From: Naegleria gruberi
Taxonomy: Eukaryota
Reading direction: 5' to 3' (one strand)
NCBI GenBank assembly: GCA_000004985.1
Contig: GG738887.1
DNA length: 64,000 nt
Positions 20,901 to 32,429 of the stretch are shown in pieces. A program made the translations under genes and the position numbers. The notes below the pieces were generated by a model. That model was not told the origin of the DNA, made no database searches, and saw only the letters and a program-made list of their open reading frames with translations. How positions within the stretch are numbered: position 1 is the first letter of the stretch; each line of letters starts with the position of its first letter.

Positions 20901-21638
20901 TCAACCTACAACTAAATTAATATTCAAATCATCATATAAAACTTTCATCATTCTCCTAGAAGCATTCGAACTATCATTCTTCTCCAATTGACCAAAATTC
21001 ACAGGTAAAAGAGTTCCAATAATCACAACAAATGCCAAAATCATAATTGTAAACATGAATGTTAAAACTACAAGTGTTGTAATTCTCAAACTCTTTAAAC
21101 AACTCCAAACTTGTTCCTTATTTGGACCTTTTCTTTCTCCATTTCCAAACAAATTTTTATCCTTATTCTTCTCCACAATTCGTTGAACTTCTGCTTTTAA
21201 AGGATCGACAAGTACGAGTCCACTATTTACTAAAGAAGATGATGTGGACTGTCTCTTGTCATTTGATGAAATACCCATTGATTGATCGGTAGAGGATTGG
21301 CTTCCTACAGAGCCGATAATAATGGCTTGATTTTCAGAAGGTGATGTTGCCATGGGTGAATTTTTGTATTGTTGATGTGCTGACAGCGAATTTGAACTAT
21401 TGACACTTGACGTCACAGGAAGAACACCTCCTGTTGTTGTAGTTGTTGTGTTGTTGTTATTGTTGTCTGTTGGAAGGATATTGCTGAAGGTATCCATTTC
21501 CTTGCTCATTTTTTTGATTGGCAGGTGGCAGGTATTGGATGACTTTAATTTTTTTTGTGATCGAAAGGTTTCTCTTGTGTCAAAGTTTCCGTTATGTTTG
21601 TTGGTAACATGCCATCTGTCAGTTATCGATTTGGACAA
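20901..21638 (-). CDS. Hypothetical S/T/N-rich protein with a C-terminal transmembrane helix
   Basis: 245-aa ORF. It has a poly-N/poly-T low-complexity region and a hydrophobic segment LVVLTFMFTIMILAFVVIIGTLL near the C-terminus. No recognisable domain. Confidence 0.35.
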   Translation of the reverse strand: MSKSITDRWHVTNKHNGNFDTRETFRSQKKLKSSNTCHLPIKKMSKEMDTFSNILPTDNNNNNTTTTTTGGVLPVTSSVNSSNSLSAHQQYKNSPMATSPSENQAIIIGSVGSQSSTDQSMGISSNDKRQSTSSSLVNSGLVLVDPLKAEVQRIVEKNKDKNLFGNGERKGPNKEQVWSCLKSLRITTLVVLTFMFTIMILAFVVIIGTLLPVNFGQLEKNDSSNASRRMMKVLYDDLNINLVVG

Positions 21639-21768
21639 TCAAAAGTTCATATGACACGAAAACTCATAATAGTTTGAAACTTCTGCCATCCAAGAACCTT
21701 TTCTTCACATTTATCAGAATTCATATCTATTCTATTAGAAACAATCCAAATAATAAACAATTTCTTTA

Positions 21769-22707
21769 TTACATTCCAATAAATAATGCAAAAATAATCA
21801 ATACGAAACTCAACCAAGTACTATACGAAACTTGATAACTTTCACTCGATCTACTGGTACGTGCCACAAAAGCTCCAAAACTTCTTCCATTACCAAAAGT
21901 TCTCACATAACAAGAAGGACAATTTTTCACATTATTTCTCTGCCAAGCACTCAAATCATAGGCATAACCAATAGTTGCATGAATTTTCTTTGAGAGAATC
22001 ATTTCGAATTGTTCATCATATCCTAAAGGAAACTTTTGAGCGAGTGGGAATGATTGGTTAGCTACACCTTCATATAAAGTTCCTGCATAATATCCAATTT
22101 TGTAAAATGGTTGATTGAGTTGTGAAATGGAAGTGGCATTGACATATTTATCCATGTCTAGCTCACCACGAAGGAAACCATCAAAAGTGAAACCATATGG
22201 ACATGAAGCAAATGTAACAAGTTTTGTTCTTTCTTCAGTAATGATAGCATTAGAAACCACAACGTCACATGTTCCACTATTTAAGGCATTTGTCATGGAA
22301 TCGAAAAATCCTTGACTTGTGTTGACAAGTACATATTGAGCTTCCAATGTTGTTTTGTAATTGGTATTCAATTGATCGATAATTCCTTTACCAATCATTC
22401 GATACAAGTCAAAATAAACCTTTTCTAATTCTGTCACATCTTCATAACACATCTTTAATGATTTGACAGATGAAGGAATTGGATTTCTTGTTGGGTAGGC
22501 AGGTAATTGAGGACTACATTGAGGAACTGTGAATGGTAAATTGACAGTCACAAAATCTTGAAAACTTTGTGTGATAACAAGTCTTGCCATGGCAGCATCA
22601 AAAGCTTGATTAAATTCGACACTTGACACTTGACTTTGGGCAGCTGTTGCATAGAAAAACAATAAACAACACAAACAATATGAAACTATAGACGATATCT
22701 TGACCAT
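21769..22707 (-). CDS. Secreted, probably GPI-anchored protein with a periplasmic-binding-protein-like flavour
   Basis: The ORF runs to 22731, and the likely start is the internal Met giving the signal peptide MVKISSIVSYCLCCLLFFYATAAQSQ. The C-terminus is hydrophobic (WLSFVLIIFALFIGM), consistent with a GPI-attachment signal. Cys residues are scattered, and the weak PBP-like motif is IHATIGYAYDLSAW. Confidence 0.4.
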   Translation of the reverse strand: MVKISSIVSYCLCCLLFFYATAAQSQVSSVEFNQAFDAAMARLVITQSFQDFVTVNLPFTVPQCSPQLPAYPTRNPIPSSVKSLKMCYEDVTELEKVYFDLYRMIGKGIIDQLNTNYKTTLEAQYVLVNTSQGFFDSMTNALNSGTCDVVVSNAIITEERTKLVTFASCPYGFTFDGFLRGELDMDKYVNATSISQLNQPFYKIGYYAGTLYEGVANQSFPLAQKFPLGYDEQFEMILSKKIHATIGYAYDLSAWQRNNVKNCPSCYVRTFGNGRSFGAFVARTSRSSESYQVSYSTWLSFVLIIFALFIGM

Positions 22708-23138
22708 TTTTTTTTGATTCTGTTCATACACTCAACAGCTTCAATCATAATTGTGAAAAACAGTTTCGTAATCATTAAAGATGGAAATGATTGAACATTT
22801 TTGGATAGTGAGTGGGTGAAATTAGCAAATGCAAATGGGGTTTGGGTAACAACTCATAGAGTTATTTCTCCCAAGTTGAACATGTCAAACGCATCTGGGG
22901 CAAGTAGTGGCAGTTTTTAAACAAAACCGAAAACGAATCTTGTAACGGTTGACTGGAAATTTCACATTATCACAATGAAATTCTTTAGAAATCTCTTTTC
23001 ATGGAATCTAAAATCATACTGCCTTTCCATATTTCAGATAAGCGGCAGCAACTTCCTGTTAAAATTATGTGAACTCTAGCAAATTACAATAAACATTAAA
23101 TTATTAAATTATTACAATTTTAATTCATTGAAGAAAAA

Positions 23139-25783
23139 ATGTTCAAACGAGGCCTGCACTCACTCTCACAAAACAAAATTTCAAAAACCAATTCTCTACT
23201 CACTCCTCTTGTGAATTCTTTTGGGAAATCATTGAATTGGAAATCATCCTCTTGTGAAACATGTTCCGATTTGGAAAAATTCTTTTTTTGCAATAATTTA
23301 ATTTTTCATCGTGATCGGAATTTTCATTTCAATTCAAAGAAAATGATGCAATCATCATCATCATCACAACATAAATATACAAATAGACTTGCCAAAGAGG
23401 CATCTCCCTACTTGTTACAACATGCTCACAATCCAGGTATTTAAATAATATTAAATAATATTGTGTTAATATTGTAAAGTGGATTGGTATCCTTGGGGAG
23501 AGGAAGCTTTTGAAAAAGCAAGAAATGAGAATAAGCCAATATTCCTTTCAATTGGATATTCAACTTGTCATTGGTGTCATGTGATGGAAAAGGAATCATT
23601 TGAGAATGAAGAAATTGCAGCAATTATGAATCAAAACTTTGTAAATATTAAGGTAGATAGAGAAGAGAGACCAGATATAGATAGAGTATACATGACAGTA
23701 TGTTTTAGACAATTCAATTTATTCGAATATTTATTGATTGATTGAATATTAGTTTGTTCAATTGACTACTGGAAGTGGTGGATGGCCATTGAGCTGTTTC
23801 TTAACACCACAGTTGAAACCAATATTTGGAGGAACTTATTTTCCACCGAAGGAATCAATTTATAGAGGTAATATTTCATTTCCATCCTTGCTAAACAAGA
23901 TTCACAACATGTGGACCAATAAGAGAGAAGCTCTGGTTTCACAAGGTGATAAGATTGTCTCAGTTCTAAAGAAGGCATTCACAGAGAAGGAGAATGAAGA
24001 AGAGCCAGCAAAGAGTGCAGATCATATTCTGAAATTCGCTCACGAATATGTAGCATCTACTGTTGAGGATTTTCTCTCATCATTTGATACAGTTTATGGA
24101 GGATTTTCACAAGCTCCCAAATTTCCTCGTCCTGTTGTAATTGATTTCCTATTGAGATCTTACTATGAAGAGAAGGATGATAGGAGAAAGTTGGATATTA
24201 TCAATTCAGTCACTTTTACTTTGGATAAGATGGCTAGGGGAGGATTGTACGACCATTTGGGAGGTGGTTTTCATAGATATTCTGTGGATACCTATTGGCA
24301 TGTTCCACACTTTGAGAAAATGATGGTAAGTGATATGGAGAATCAAATTTACTCAATTTAAAAAAGTATGATCAAGGTCAATTAGCAATTGTGTTTGCAG
24401 AAGCATACAAGGCCACTAGAAATGAATACTACAAACAAATATTGGAAGAAATTCTTCTCTACATTGAAAGAGATATGTCACTTGGTGAATCATCTGATAT
24501 GATTGGATTCTTTTCAGCTGAAGATGCAGACAGTTTACCAACTTTTGATTCTAAAGAAAAGAGAGAAGGTGCTTTCTATGCTTGGGATTACCAACAAGTT
24601 GTTGATATTATTGATAATATGGTTCCTCATATTGGAAGTGTGAAACCTTCTGACATATTTTCATTCATGTTTGATTTAAAACAAGATGGAAATGTGAGAC
24701 AATCAAGTGATCCACATGGTGAGTTGACTGGATTAAACGTACTGTATATGGATAAGTCGTTGAAGGAGACCCAGGATAGATTCAGTACTATTCCACCTGA
24801 ATCAGTGGCTAATGTAATTATGGATTGCAAAGATATTCTATTCAAGGAAAGAAACAAGATGAAACCAAGACCACATTTGGACGACAAGATTATCACTGCT
24901 TGGAATGCTTATGTAATTAGTGCATTCTCGAGATCAGCCCTCCTTCTCTCAGAGCCAGGTTATTTGAAAATTGCCGAAAGAGCTGCCAATTTCATTTATG
25001 AAAAACTCTATGATCGAGAAACTAAGGTATTACACAGAATTTTCAAGAAAAACTCTGAAAAGGAAAGAAATATTGCTGGATTCCTTTCTGATTATGCAAA
25101 TATGATTTCAGCTTTGATTGATCTCTATGAAGCATCTGGTTCAATTAAGTGGCTTAATTGGGCATTTGAATTGCAAGATATTCAAGATTCATACTTTTAC
25201 GATCAGACAAATGGTGGATACTTTGAAGAAAGAGGTAATGATCCAACCATTATCTATAGATTGAAAGAGACAAGTGGTAAGTAATTGACCAGTTAATCAT
25301 TATTCAAATTACAATGAAAAAGATTCTGCTGAGCCAAGTGGAAATAGCGTCAGTTGTATGAATTTGGTTCGATTGAGAAACTATGATGTAAATAAGAAGG
25401 CAGAATATGAAGAAAAACTATCCAAAATATTTGAATTGAATGCCAGTCTCATTTTGGAACATCCAAGTGCATTGCCAGGTGTAATGTCAGCTTTGGCACG
25501 ATTGACTTCAGGGAGAGAAACTCATATTGCTCTAGTATTTGACAAGACAGTAACCAACTTGAAACCAATAATGGAAGAAATAGTCAAAGATACTGTAGAA
25601 TCTCACAGATCTCTAGTTTTCGTCAATAAGGATGACGAAGAAAGTCTCAAATTTATGAATGAAAGATTACCATACCTTAAGGATGCCAAGGTATTGAACA
25701 ACAAGACAACCATAATTCTCTGTAGAAATAATACATGTAATCTCCCAACCAATGACATTAGTGTCATTCAAGAACTCAAATAA
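23139..25783 (+). CDS. SPATA20: Spermatogenesis-associated protein 20 homologue (DUF255 thioredoxin-like domain plus six-hairpin glycosidase-like domain)
   Basis: Exon model join(23139..23436,23480..23697,23753..24325,24367..25276,25323..25783), with introns of 43, 55, 41 and 46 nt (GTATTT/GTATGT/GTAAGT...AAAG/TTAG). Near-identical blocks to human SPATA20: [57 protein letters not shown]…[36 protein letters not shown]…FGGTYFPP, then …[17 protein letters not shown] and …[16 protein letters not shown]. Confidence 0.85.
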
Positions 25784-25818
25784 ATCTAATACTAATTAAA
25801 AACTCATGTTATGATAAT

Positions 25819-26505
25819 TTATTGAGACAAACAAGTATTAATTGATGGACAAGAAGATGGAACAGTGAAAACATTTGAATCAACCTTTTCAACCATATCA
25901 TAATAAGTTTGATCTTGAGAAGCAGTAGGAACAACAACAAAGGTATTCAAAATCCAACACTTATCATTGGCCATTTGTGGCTCTCTGAATGTCCAGATAG
26001 TACCAGTTGCTCCATATTGAGTATTTACAATCTTCAATGCATCATAGGAACCAATCTTTGCTTTGGTAACAGTTCCAGAATTTGGAAGACAGAGTGCATC
26101 CCATTGATTGAAATCTTGAACCTTACGACAAGTACATTTTCCACTTTGTAAATCATAGGAAACAGTAATAGAAGAACTAATCTTAAAGTCCCAATTAGTA
26201 TAGGTATTGACAGCTCCATCAACTGTGTAAGTGATATCTTGTCTAATTTTACCAGCATTGTAATCACCAGCAAATGTGAAACCACCTTCGACTGGTTGTA
26301 AGGTACTGTTATTGGCAACGATGGAAACTTGATTGAAAACACCCTTCATGGAGAAGACATTTGGCAAACAACAGATGTTTGAAGAGGTTGGAGATCTCTT
26401 GTTGACACTTTCGAATTGTTTAACGAAAGAAAAAATAGGAGAAGCATAGGCAGAGGAAGCAATGATTGCAACGATCAAGACTGAAAGAATTGCTTGTTTA
26501 AACAT
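25819..26505 (-). CDS. Secreted Cys-containing protein of about 229 aa, unknown family
   Basis: An internal Met gives a clean signal peptide MFKQAILSVLIVAIIASSAYASP. The track ORF extends to 26565 through an alternative start. Beta-strand-like alternating polar/aromatic sequence follows. No homology recognised. Confidence 0.4.
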   Translation of the reverse strand: MFKQAILSVLIVAIIASSAYASPIFSFVKQFESVNKRSPTSSNICCLPNVFSMKGVFNQVSIVANNSTLQPVEGGFTFAGDYNAGKIRQDITYTVDGAVNTYTNWDFKISSSITVSYDLQSGKCTCRKVQDFNQWDALCLPNSGTVTKAKIGSYDALKIVNTQYGATGTIWTFREPQMANDKCWILNTFVVVPTASQDQTYYDMVEKVDSNVFTVPSSCPSINTCLSQ

Positions 26506-26756
26506 TTTTTTTTTGAATGAGAAATTAGGCAAATACAGACATCTGAAATATTTAAACGAAGACAAATGGAAACATCCTCGAACCTTTTACAATAAACCAA
26601 CTCCACATTGGAAATATCTTGGATTTGAGGAAGAGGACAGTGCAGATAAGATGTCCTTTTATATATTACACTTTTATCCTACAACCTTCAATCCCGTAGC
26701 CAAAAAGCATAGAGAAATAGTTTTGGCTGTAGTCAATAGTACTTACTTTTCATTCT

Positions 26757-27866
26757 TCATAGATACTCTTCTCCAAATAAATCGAATGCATAGTGTTCGT
26801 TATCGTCTTCATCATCATCACCCACAACTGTGAAAATGAATGTTTCAAATTGTGACCCTATCTTATCAATATCTGTTGAAGAATGTTCACGAATGACACC
26901 AACGTCAAGATATTTCAATGATTGAGTAATGCTCTTGTTAGCAATTAGGGATTTACAAGCATCAAAATCAGAGACTAGGATTGCCAATTTTTCAAGTTTG
27001 AGAGTACACGCCAAACTACTGATATTCTTTTTTACAGAGGTGGCCAAATACAATTCTTTCAGATTTGACCATACTGGATTGGCCATAATACTAAACAAGT
27101 CTTCCTCTGGTAAGGAAAACTCAACAGTGAGTTTTTTCAAATTGGAAAAGAGTTGATTCTTGCACACAAGTTGAATATCGTAGGAATAGTCATTCCAACC
27201 ACAAGTTAATTCTTCCAACTGTTTTAATGTGTCAGTTCCCATGCTAGATGTTCCAAAATTGCTAAAACAATTTCTATCCAAATGAAGTGCTTTGAGTTTC
27301 TTTAAAACTGGGCTGTTGAATATATCTGAAAGTCCAGTATTTCCTAAATTATGATTGATGATTGTCAACTTTTCCAAATTGGAGAAATTTTCACAATTAG
27401 CAAAAAGTGCAACATTATCCCCAAGCTTGAATTCCTGATCTTCGTATGAATCATCATCATCAAACAAACTACCCATCGACTCCTCACATTCCAAATATAA
27501 TACTTGCAGATGTTTCAAACGAGGATTTTTAACAAATCTTTTAAACCTGTCCACAGTAAATTTGTTATCCAGCATAACCAACTCGGAAACATGCTCCATC
27601 AAGACATGTTCAGTAATTTTAAAGAAATTGGAAATATCATATGTAAATTCCAATTTGATCGCATGAAAGTGTTCACTTGCTTCGAGCCAGGCTTTAGAAA
27701 TTTGTCTCATCTTGAGTGCTTCTTTGCCTCCGATCATTTCCATCACAAGTAGACAAATTTCTGGAATGAAAACCTCACCAAGTAGTTCTTGATCTTTCTC
27801 ATCCGAATGATCATCATGATCATCACAATTATTATCTTGCTGATGTAGTGTTTGATCTTTGTACAT
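26757..27866 (-). CDS. F-box-like / leucine-rich-repeat protein
   Basis: 369-aa ORF with an acidic N-terminus. An F-box-like segment (IPEICLLVMEMIGGKEALKMRQISKAWLEAS) is followed by LxxLxL-type LRRs (LKHLQVLYLECE, LEKLTIINHNLGNTGLSDIF, LKALHLDRNCFS). Confidence 0.45.
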   Translation of the reverse strand: MYKDQTLHQQDNNCDDHDDHSDEKDQELLGEVFIPEICLLVMEMIGGKEALKMRQISKAWLEASEHFHAIKLEFTYDISNFFKITEHVLMEHVSELVMLDNKFTVDRFKRFVKNPRLKHLQVLYLECEESMGSLFDDDDSYEDQEFKLGDNVALFANCENFSNLEKLTIINHNLGNTGLSDIFNSPVLKKLKALHLDRNCFSNFGTSSMGTDTLKQLEELTCGWNDYSYDIQLVCKNQLFSNLKKLTVEFSLPEEDLFSIMANPVWSNLKELYLATSVKKNISSLACTLKLEKLAILVSDFDACKSLIANKSITQSLKYLDVGVIREHSSTDIDKIGSQFETFIFTVVGDDDEDDNEHYAFDLFGEEYL

Positions 27867-28220
27867 TTTGTTATTTTTGAATTTGCACTTGAAATTATGA
27901 TGAACCTGGTGAGTTAAGGAATTTGTTGGAGGTCATCTAGATCATGGTCTAGTAAGATAAAGATATAAAACTTCCACTATTATTAATACTACTGTGTACC
28001 TGATTTCTTATTGTTTGTTAAAAAATTTCTTCACCATTAAACTTTTGTGTACGGTAAAATTTGAGCGGCAAAATTTCTTTAACAAAAAACAATACAGCAC
28101 AATATTGCTTATCTTCTCTCAACATGATGAAGTACATGGCACAAACAAGAAGAACATAATGGAGTATTATTATGAACTTTAAAACAAGTGCAAATTCAAA
28201 AAAAACAAATTAACACTTAG

Positions 28221-31200
28221 ATGATCACTGCTTCTTCATCTTCGGGTGAAAGGAATGAAAAACTTTCATCCATCGCTTTGGATATTAATAATGATAGGAA
28301 TAACAACAAACCTCTCTTATCCTTTACCATCTACAATAATTGTTCATCGTCTTCATTAGAAGCTTCCTTGCCAAATACTGCAAGTTTATTAAATTGTGAA
28401 TTTAGTATTTCACCAATCAATGCTACTGATGAGAACAATCAAGTTACAATGATTGGAGTGGAAATTACACAAGCCAAGTTTGTAAATGTTAGGAGAACTG
28501 TATTTGATGCAATTTTAAGTGATTTTCCTTCGGGTTGGATTGAACCAAAGGATGTGGATCATGTTTTCTTTACTGAACATGAGTCAGTTATCAAATTGAT
28601 GGAAGGAGCTCTTTGCTATGATGATGATGGGTTCAAGTTCTTTTCTACATTGCAATCAGCACCTGTTGATGTAGATTTAAAAGATTTGAATAGTTTTTGT
28701 GATGATCTTTTTGGGTTGAATGGAACATTTGTTCTGTATGATGAATCAGCTCCATTATGTATTAGTTGTAAAGAACTGTAACAAGTGGAATAGTTATGCA
28801 AGATTGGGAAGTGGAGATATTCCAGAGGCATTCCACAAGTTTAGGATTTATCATTCGAAAATTACTGTCTTGCAAGAGTCTCAGGCCTATGAGCTGATTG
28901 ATCAAAGTGACGAAATCAAATATTATTTAAGTTGTGTTCAAGAGAATTTACCACTCGTCAGGGTTACGCCAAGAATTCTATCCATGTTTACAGAAGGATT
29001 GGAAAAGCTTACAATTTCCAATAGTTTCTCAGAGAATTCTTTGGCAATGTCAGTATATACAGCTTCCTTCTCCAACATTTTGCAATCTCATCCTTTTTCA
29101 AATGAGGATCAAATCATTTCACTTATGAATTCATCTTTAACATGCTACGAATTTCCCAGAGTAGATCACAGATTTATTAGGTCAATTACTTCAAAATGTA
29201 GAAATGGAGTTTTTGAATGTCAAGTACATTTACCTGAGATATCCGAGACTAACAGGTTATTTAACAAGTTAGGAACTGATGGATTTCTTAAAGTGAAAAT
29301 CATTGGACAAGTTCCCTCTGGAATATATTTACAGGGAAAGACCTATTTACCGCTTGGAGGTTCATCCAACATGATGAGGGAGAGAAATATGTATTTTTAT
29401 GACTCATCCTTGTATGAATCTGTGGAGACTATCATTTCACAAATGGGAGAAATATCTATTGATAATTTGCATCAATTATGTGAAACTGAATGTAATGAAC
29501 CGGAGCAAATCAATAATGGAGAACCTGGATATCTCACTCCCTCTATGACTCATTCATTAATTGCTTTGGGCGTTCAACCACTAGTTCTTCAAACTATTTT
29601 TGAAGAATGGTTCAATTCTACCGTCAGTAATTTGACCAATCCAAACTTTTTGCTTGATTTACTAAAGGGAAGGTGTAGGGAAACTCTTCCTGCTGTCCAA
29701 AATCTCTCCGAGATACCAGACAACCCATTTATTGAAGACTTATTGCGACATTTAGTATCTTCCCATTTGCAGAAAGTTCAAAATAACCTCATTATTCCAA
29801 TTGACAAGTCAATTACAACTACAAGTTTAATTGATGAGAATAAGTGTTTAAAAGAAAATGAAATGATGGTTATACTTGGAAATGAATATTTAGAGGATGG
29901 TACGATTGTTCTAGTGTGTAATGAGCCATGTCTTTCCCAATCAAATGTTAAACTTTTCACAGTTAGAAATGACGAAACTTTGAAAGTCAAGTACGAAACA
30001 AACCATTCATTAGTTATTCTCCCAAGTATCCTGAAGAGTGATAGTGTCTTTGCATGTTGGGACTCAAGAATGATTCCAACTCTTGTTTCCAGTCAAATTA
30101 CCAATTCATACCAAAAATTGAAAACAGTACAATCTGAGGATTTACAGAGTCAAATTCTTGACGGATGGATTGCTGTTTCTGACAAGGAAGGCGCAACATC
30201 CACAAAGGCAATTGAGCTTTCTAATTTATTTAATGAAATTAGGAATAGCAACAAGATTGAGCTTCCTAATTGGTTTAACAGCTGTCTAATTCCATCTCTA
30301 GATATTTGGCAAAATTCAGATTGGACCAACTAGAAAAAATAGAAAGCAAATTAAATGGATATAAGAAGAATCTTGCAGATCAACAGAAAGAGCAGGATGA
30401 TATTTACATAGTAGGATCCTTATCAATTCTACTCCATGATCCAAACGAAACAGACTGTGATTGGTTTATTGAACCAGTTTCTGATAATCCAACATTCTTT
30501 GATGATCTATGTCACAGACTTTCGACTTATTTCAAACCAATCAAGGAAGAATATCACAAATCCGTTCCTCTATTTAGAATTTATTTACAAGAAAGGGATT
30601 TGAGATTTTTAGAATTGATAGATTTGACCAATGGAGATACTGGGTTCAGAAAAAAGCATCACATGAGATTATATTTAGCACAACAGCCGAAACTCTTGCT
30701 TATTCTCAGAATTTTATTCGATATTATCAAAAAGATTTGTGCTTTCCATGTTAAAACTTTCCAACTCACTTGGGAAGTTGTGGATTTTTGCATTTTGAGA
30801 AATTACATTCACAGGGAAAGACCACCAACGAGAAAGGAGTCAGTGGACCAGGAGAAACAGTTCTCAGACTCTTCTTTTATGAAATCAGTTCTTTCTAAAT
30901 GTTTGGAATCTGAAAATTTTGAAAAGGAATCCGAACTAATCATTGATTTTATGAAATTTTTCAAATTGAAAAATAACATGGAATTTCCAGATAATCTTGA
31001 CGATTCAAAATCCTATTCAGCTACCAGTGATGAAAGAAAACTTGAATATGCTCATGATTTGATTCAAACATGTCTTATCAACTTGCACCTTTATAGAGAT
31101 TTCACCAAGGCAATTTTGCCAACACAAGTAATTCAAAAAACATTTGAGGAATTTAAGAATGTTGATGCTAAACCTGTTTTCAGAGCTGAATCTAGAGATT

Positions 31201-31925
31201 TTGTGGATGGCTCTGTATTGACACTTTTTAAAGGAGATTCAGGAGAAAGTCCAATTAATTTCACATTTTACAAAGGTCATGTTCATGCTCAACATGCCAA
31301 ACTTCCAATCCATAGGCCTTCTTTAGAAAAATACAATCCAGAATCTAATAACTTGATATCGCCTATGTATGATCAAAAGCTTTCTAGTCAATTAACTAAA
31401 ATGGAAGATAAACCAGAGAATTACGTGTTTATTATTAGATTTGGAGTTTACTATTTGGTGAATATGCAAAAATCAATCTTCTCTGAAATTACCAAGCCAG
31501 AAAATTCATCTGTGTTTAATGAATGTATGAGAAAGAAAGCAAAAGTAGTGAAAGGTCCCTCAGCAGACTCATTTGCTACTGGTGTCAGTGAAAACGTTGT
31601 GCCTTTCCTTCGTCCAACCGATTCTCCTGCAAGAATGACTGAATATTCAGTCAGTTTTTACAAGAATGTCAATAACAAATCAACTGAATTCAAAGTGAGA
31701 TTGGACGAAAATATGAAATTGAAAACCAAAGTAATTAGTGGTCAATTGAGAGTAATTTCACATACTTTTATTGGTAAAAACAATGATATGAGATTCTACA
31801 TTAATCACTTGCAATATTTGGATGTAAATAATGAAATTTCAGAACTAGTTGACAAATTGGACAAGAAAGGATGGTTAATCAAACAAGGAGCCAATGACAC
31901 AGAAATAGTTTTAACAAGAAACTAG
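28221..31925 (+). CDS. Large hypothetical protein (about 1260 aa if joined) broken into three frame-shifted ORFs (28221..28781, 28720..30333, 30306..31925)
   Basis: Consecutive same-strand ORFs overlap by 62 nt and 28 nt in different frames. No GT..AG intron of plausible length fits at either junction. No domain recognised. This is one gene with two frame disruptions, or a pseudogene. Confidence 0.4.
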
Positions 31926-32429
31926 AATTAATCAAAACTATTCGAATGGAAGAAAGAGAAACCTATCCAATCCACATTAATGGAGAATTCATGGAATTGG
32001 ACATTGTAAAAGTGAGAACTTTCAATTTACCTCAAAATTCTCGAAATCAAACATTGATTTTTAAGGAAGAACATTACGAAGTTGAAATCACCCTGCCAAA
32101 TGACAAGATTCATTCAACAAGTTCTTGCATTAATTTGATTAATTGTGGAATTCATTACTGGAATCAATTTATTGATAAGTAACAGTTTTATTCTGTTGTC
32201 AAATCATACGACGGTTCTATATTCATAATGTATTGTTTAGATGGGTAATCGTTTCTGAAATCTTGATGATCTTTTTGATTTTTAGCCAATTGCTTGATTG
32301 ACTATGATGAAAGAATACTATTGTTAAGTATCAAGAATAATGTTCTCTTTAAAATCTAATGTGCTACAAGGTAAAAGTAAATAACCATTAGCAGATATCT
32401 TTCATTCTGATGATGTTTGGAATTGAATC

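Noticed and set aside
31946-32182. 78-aa ORF immediately downstream of the 28221-31925 gene
   Set aside because: No motif, short, and in an AT-rich 3' region. It could be a terminal exon or chance, and is not callable.
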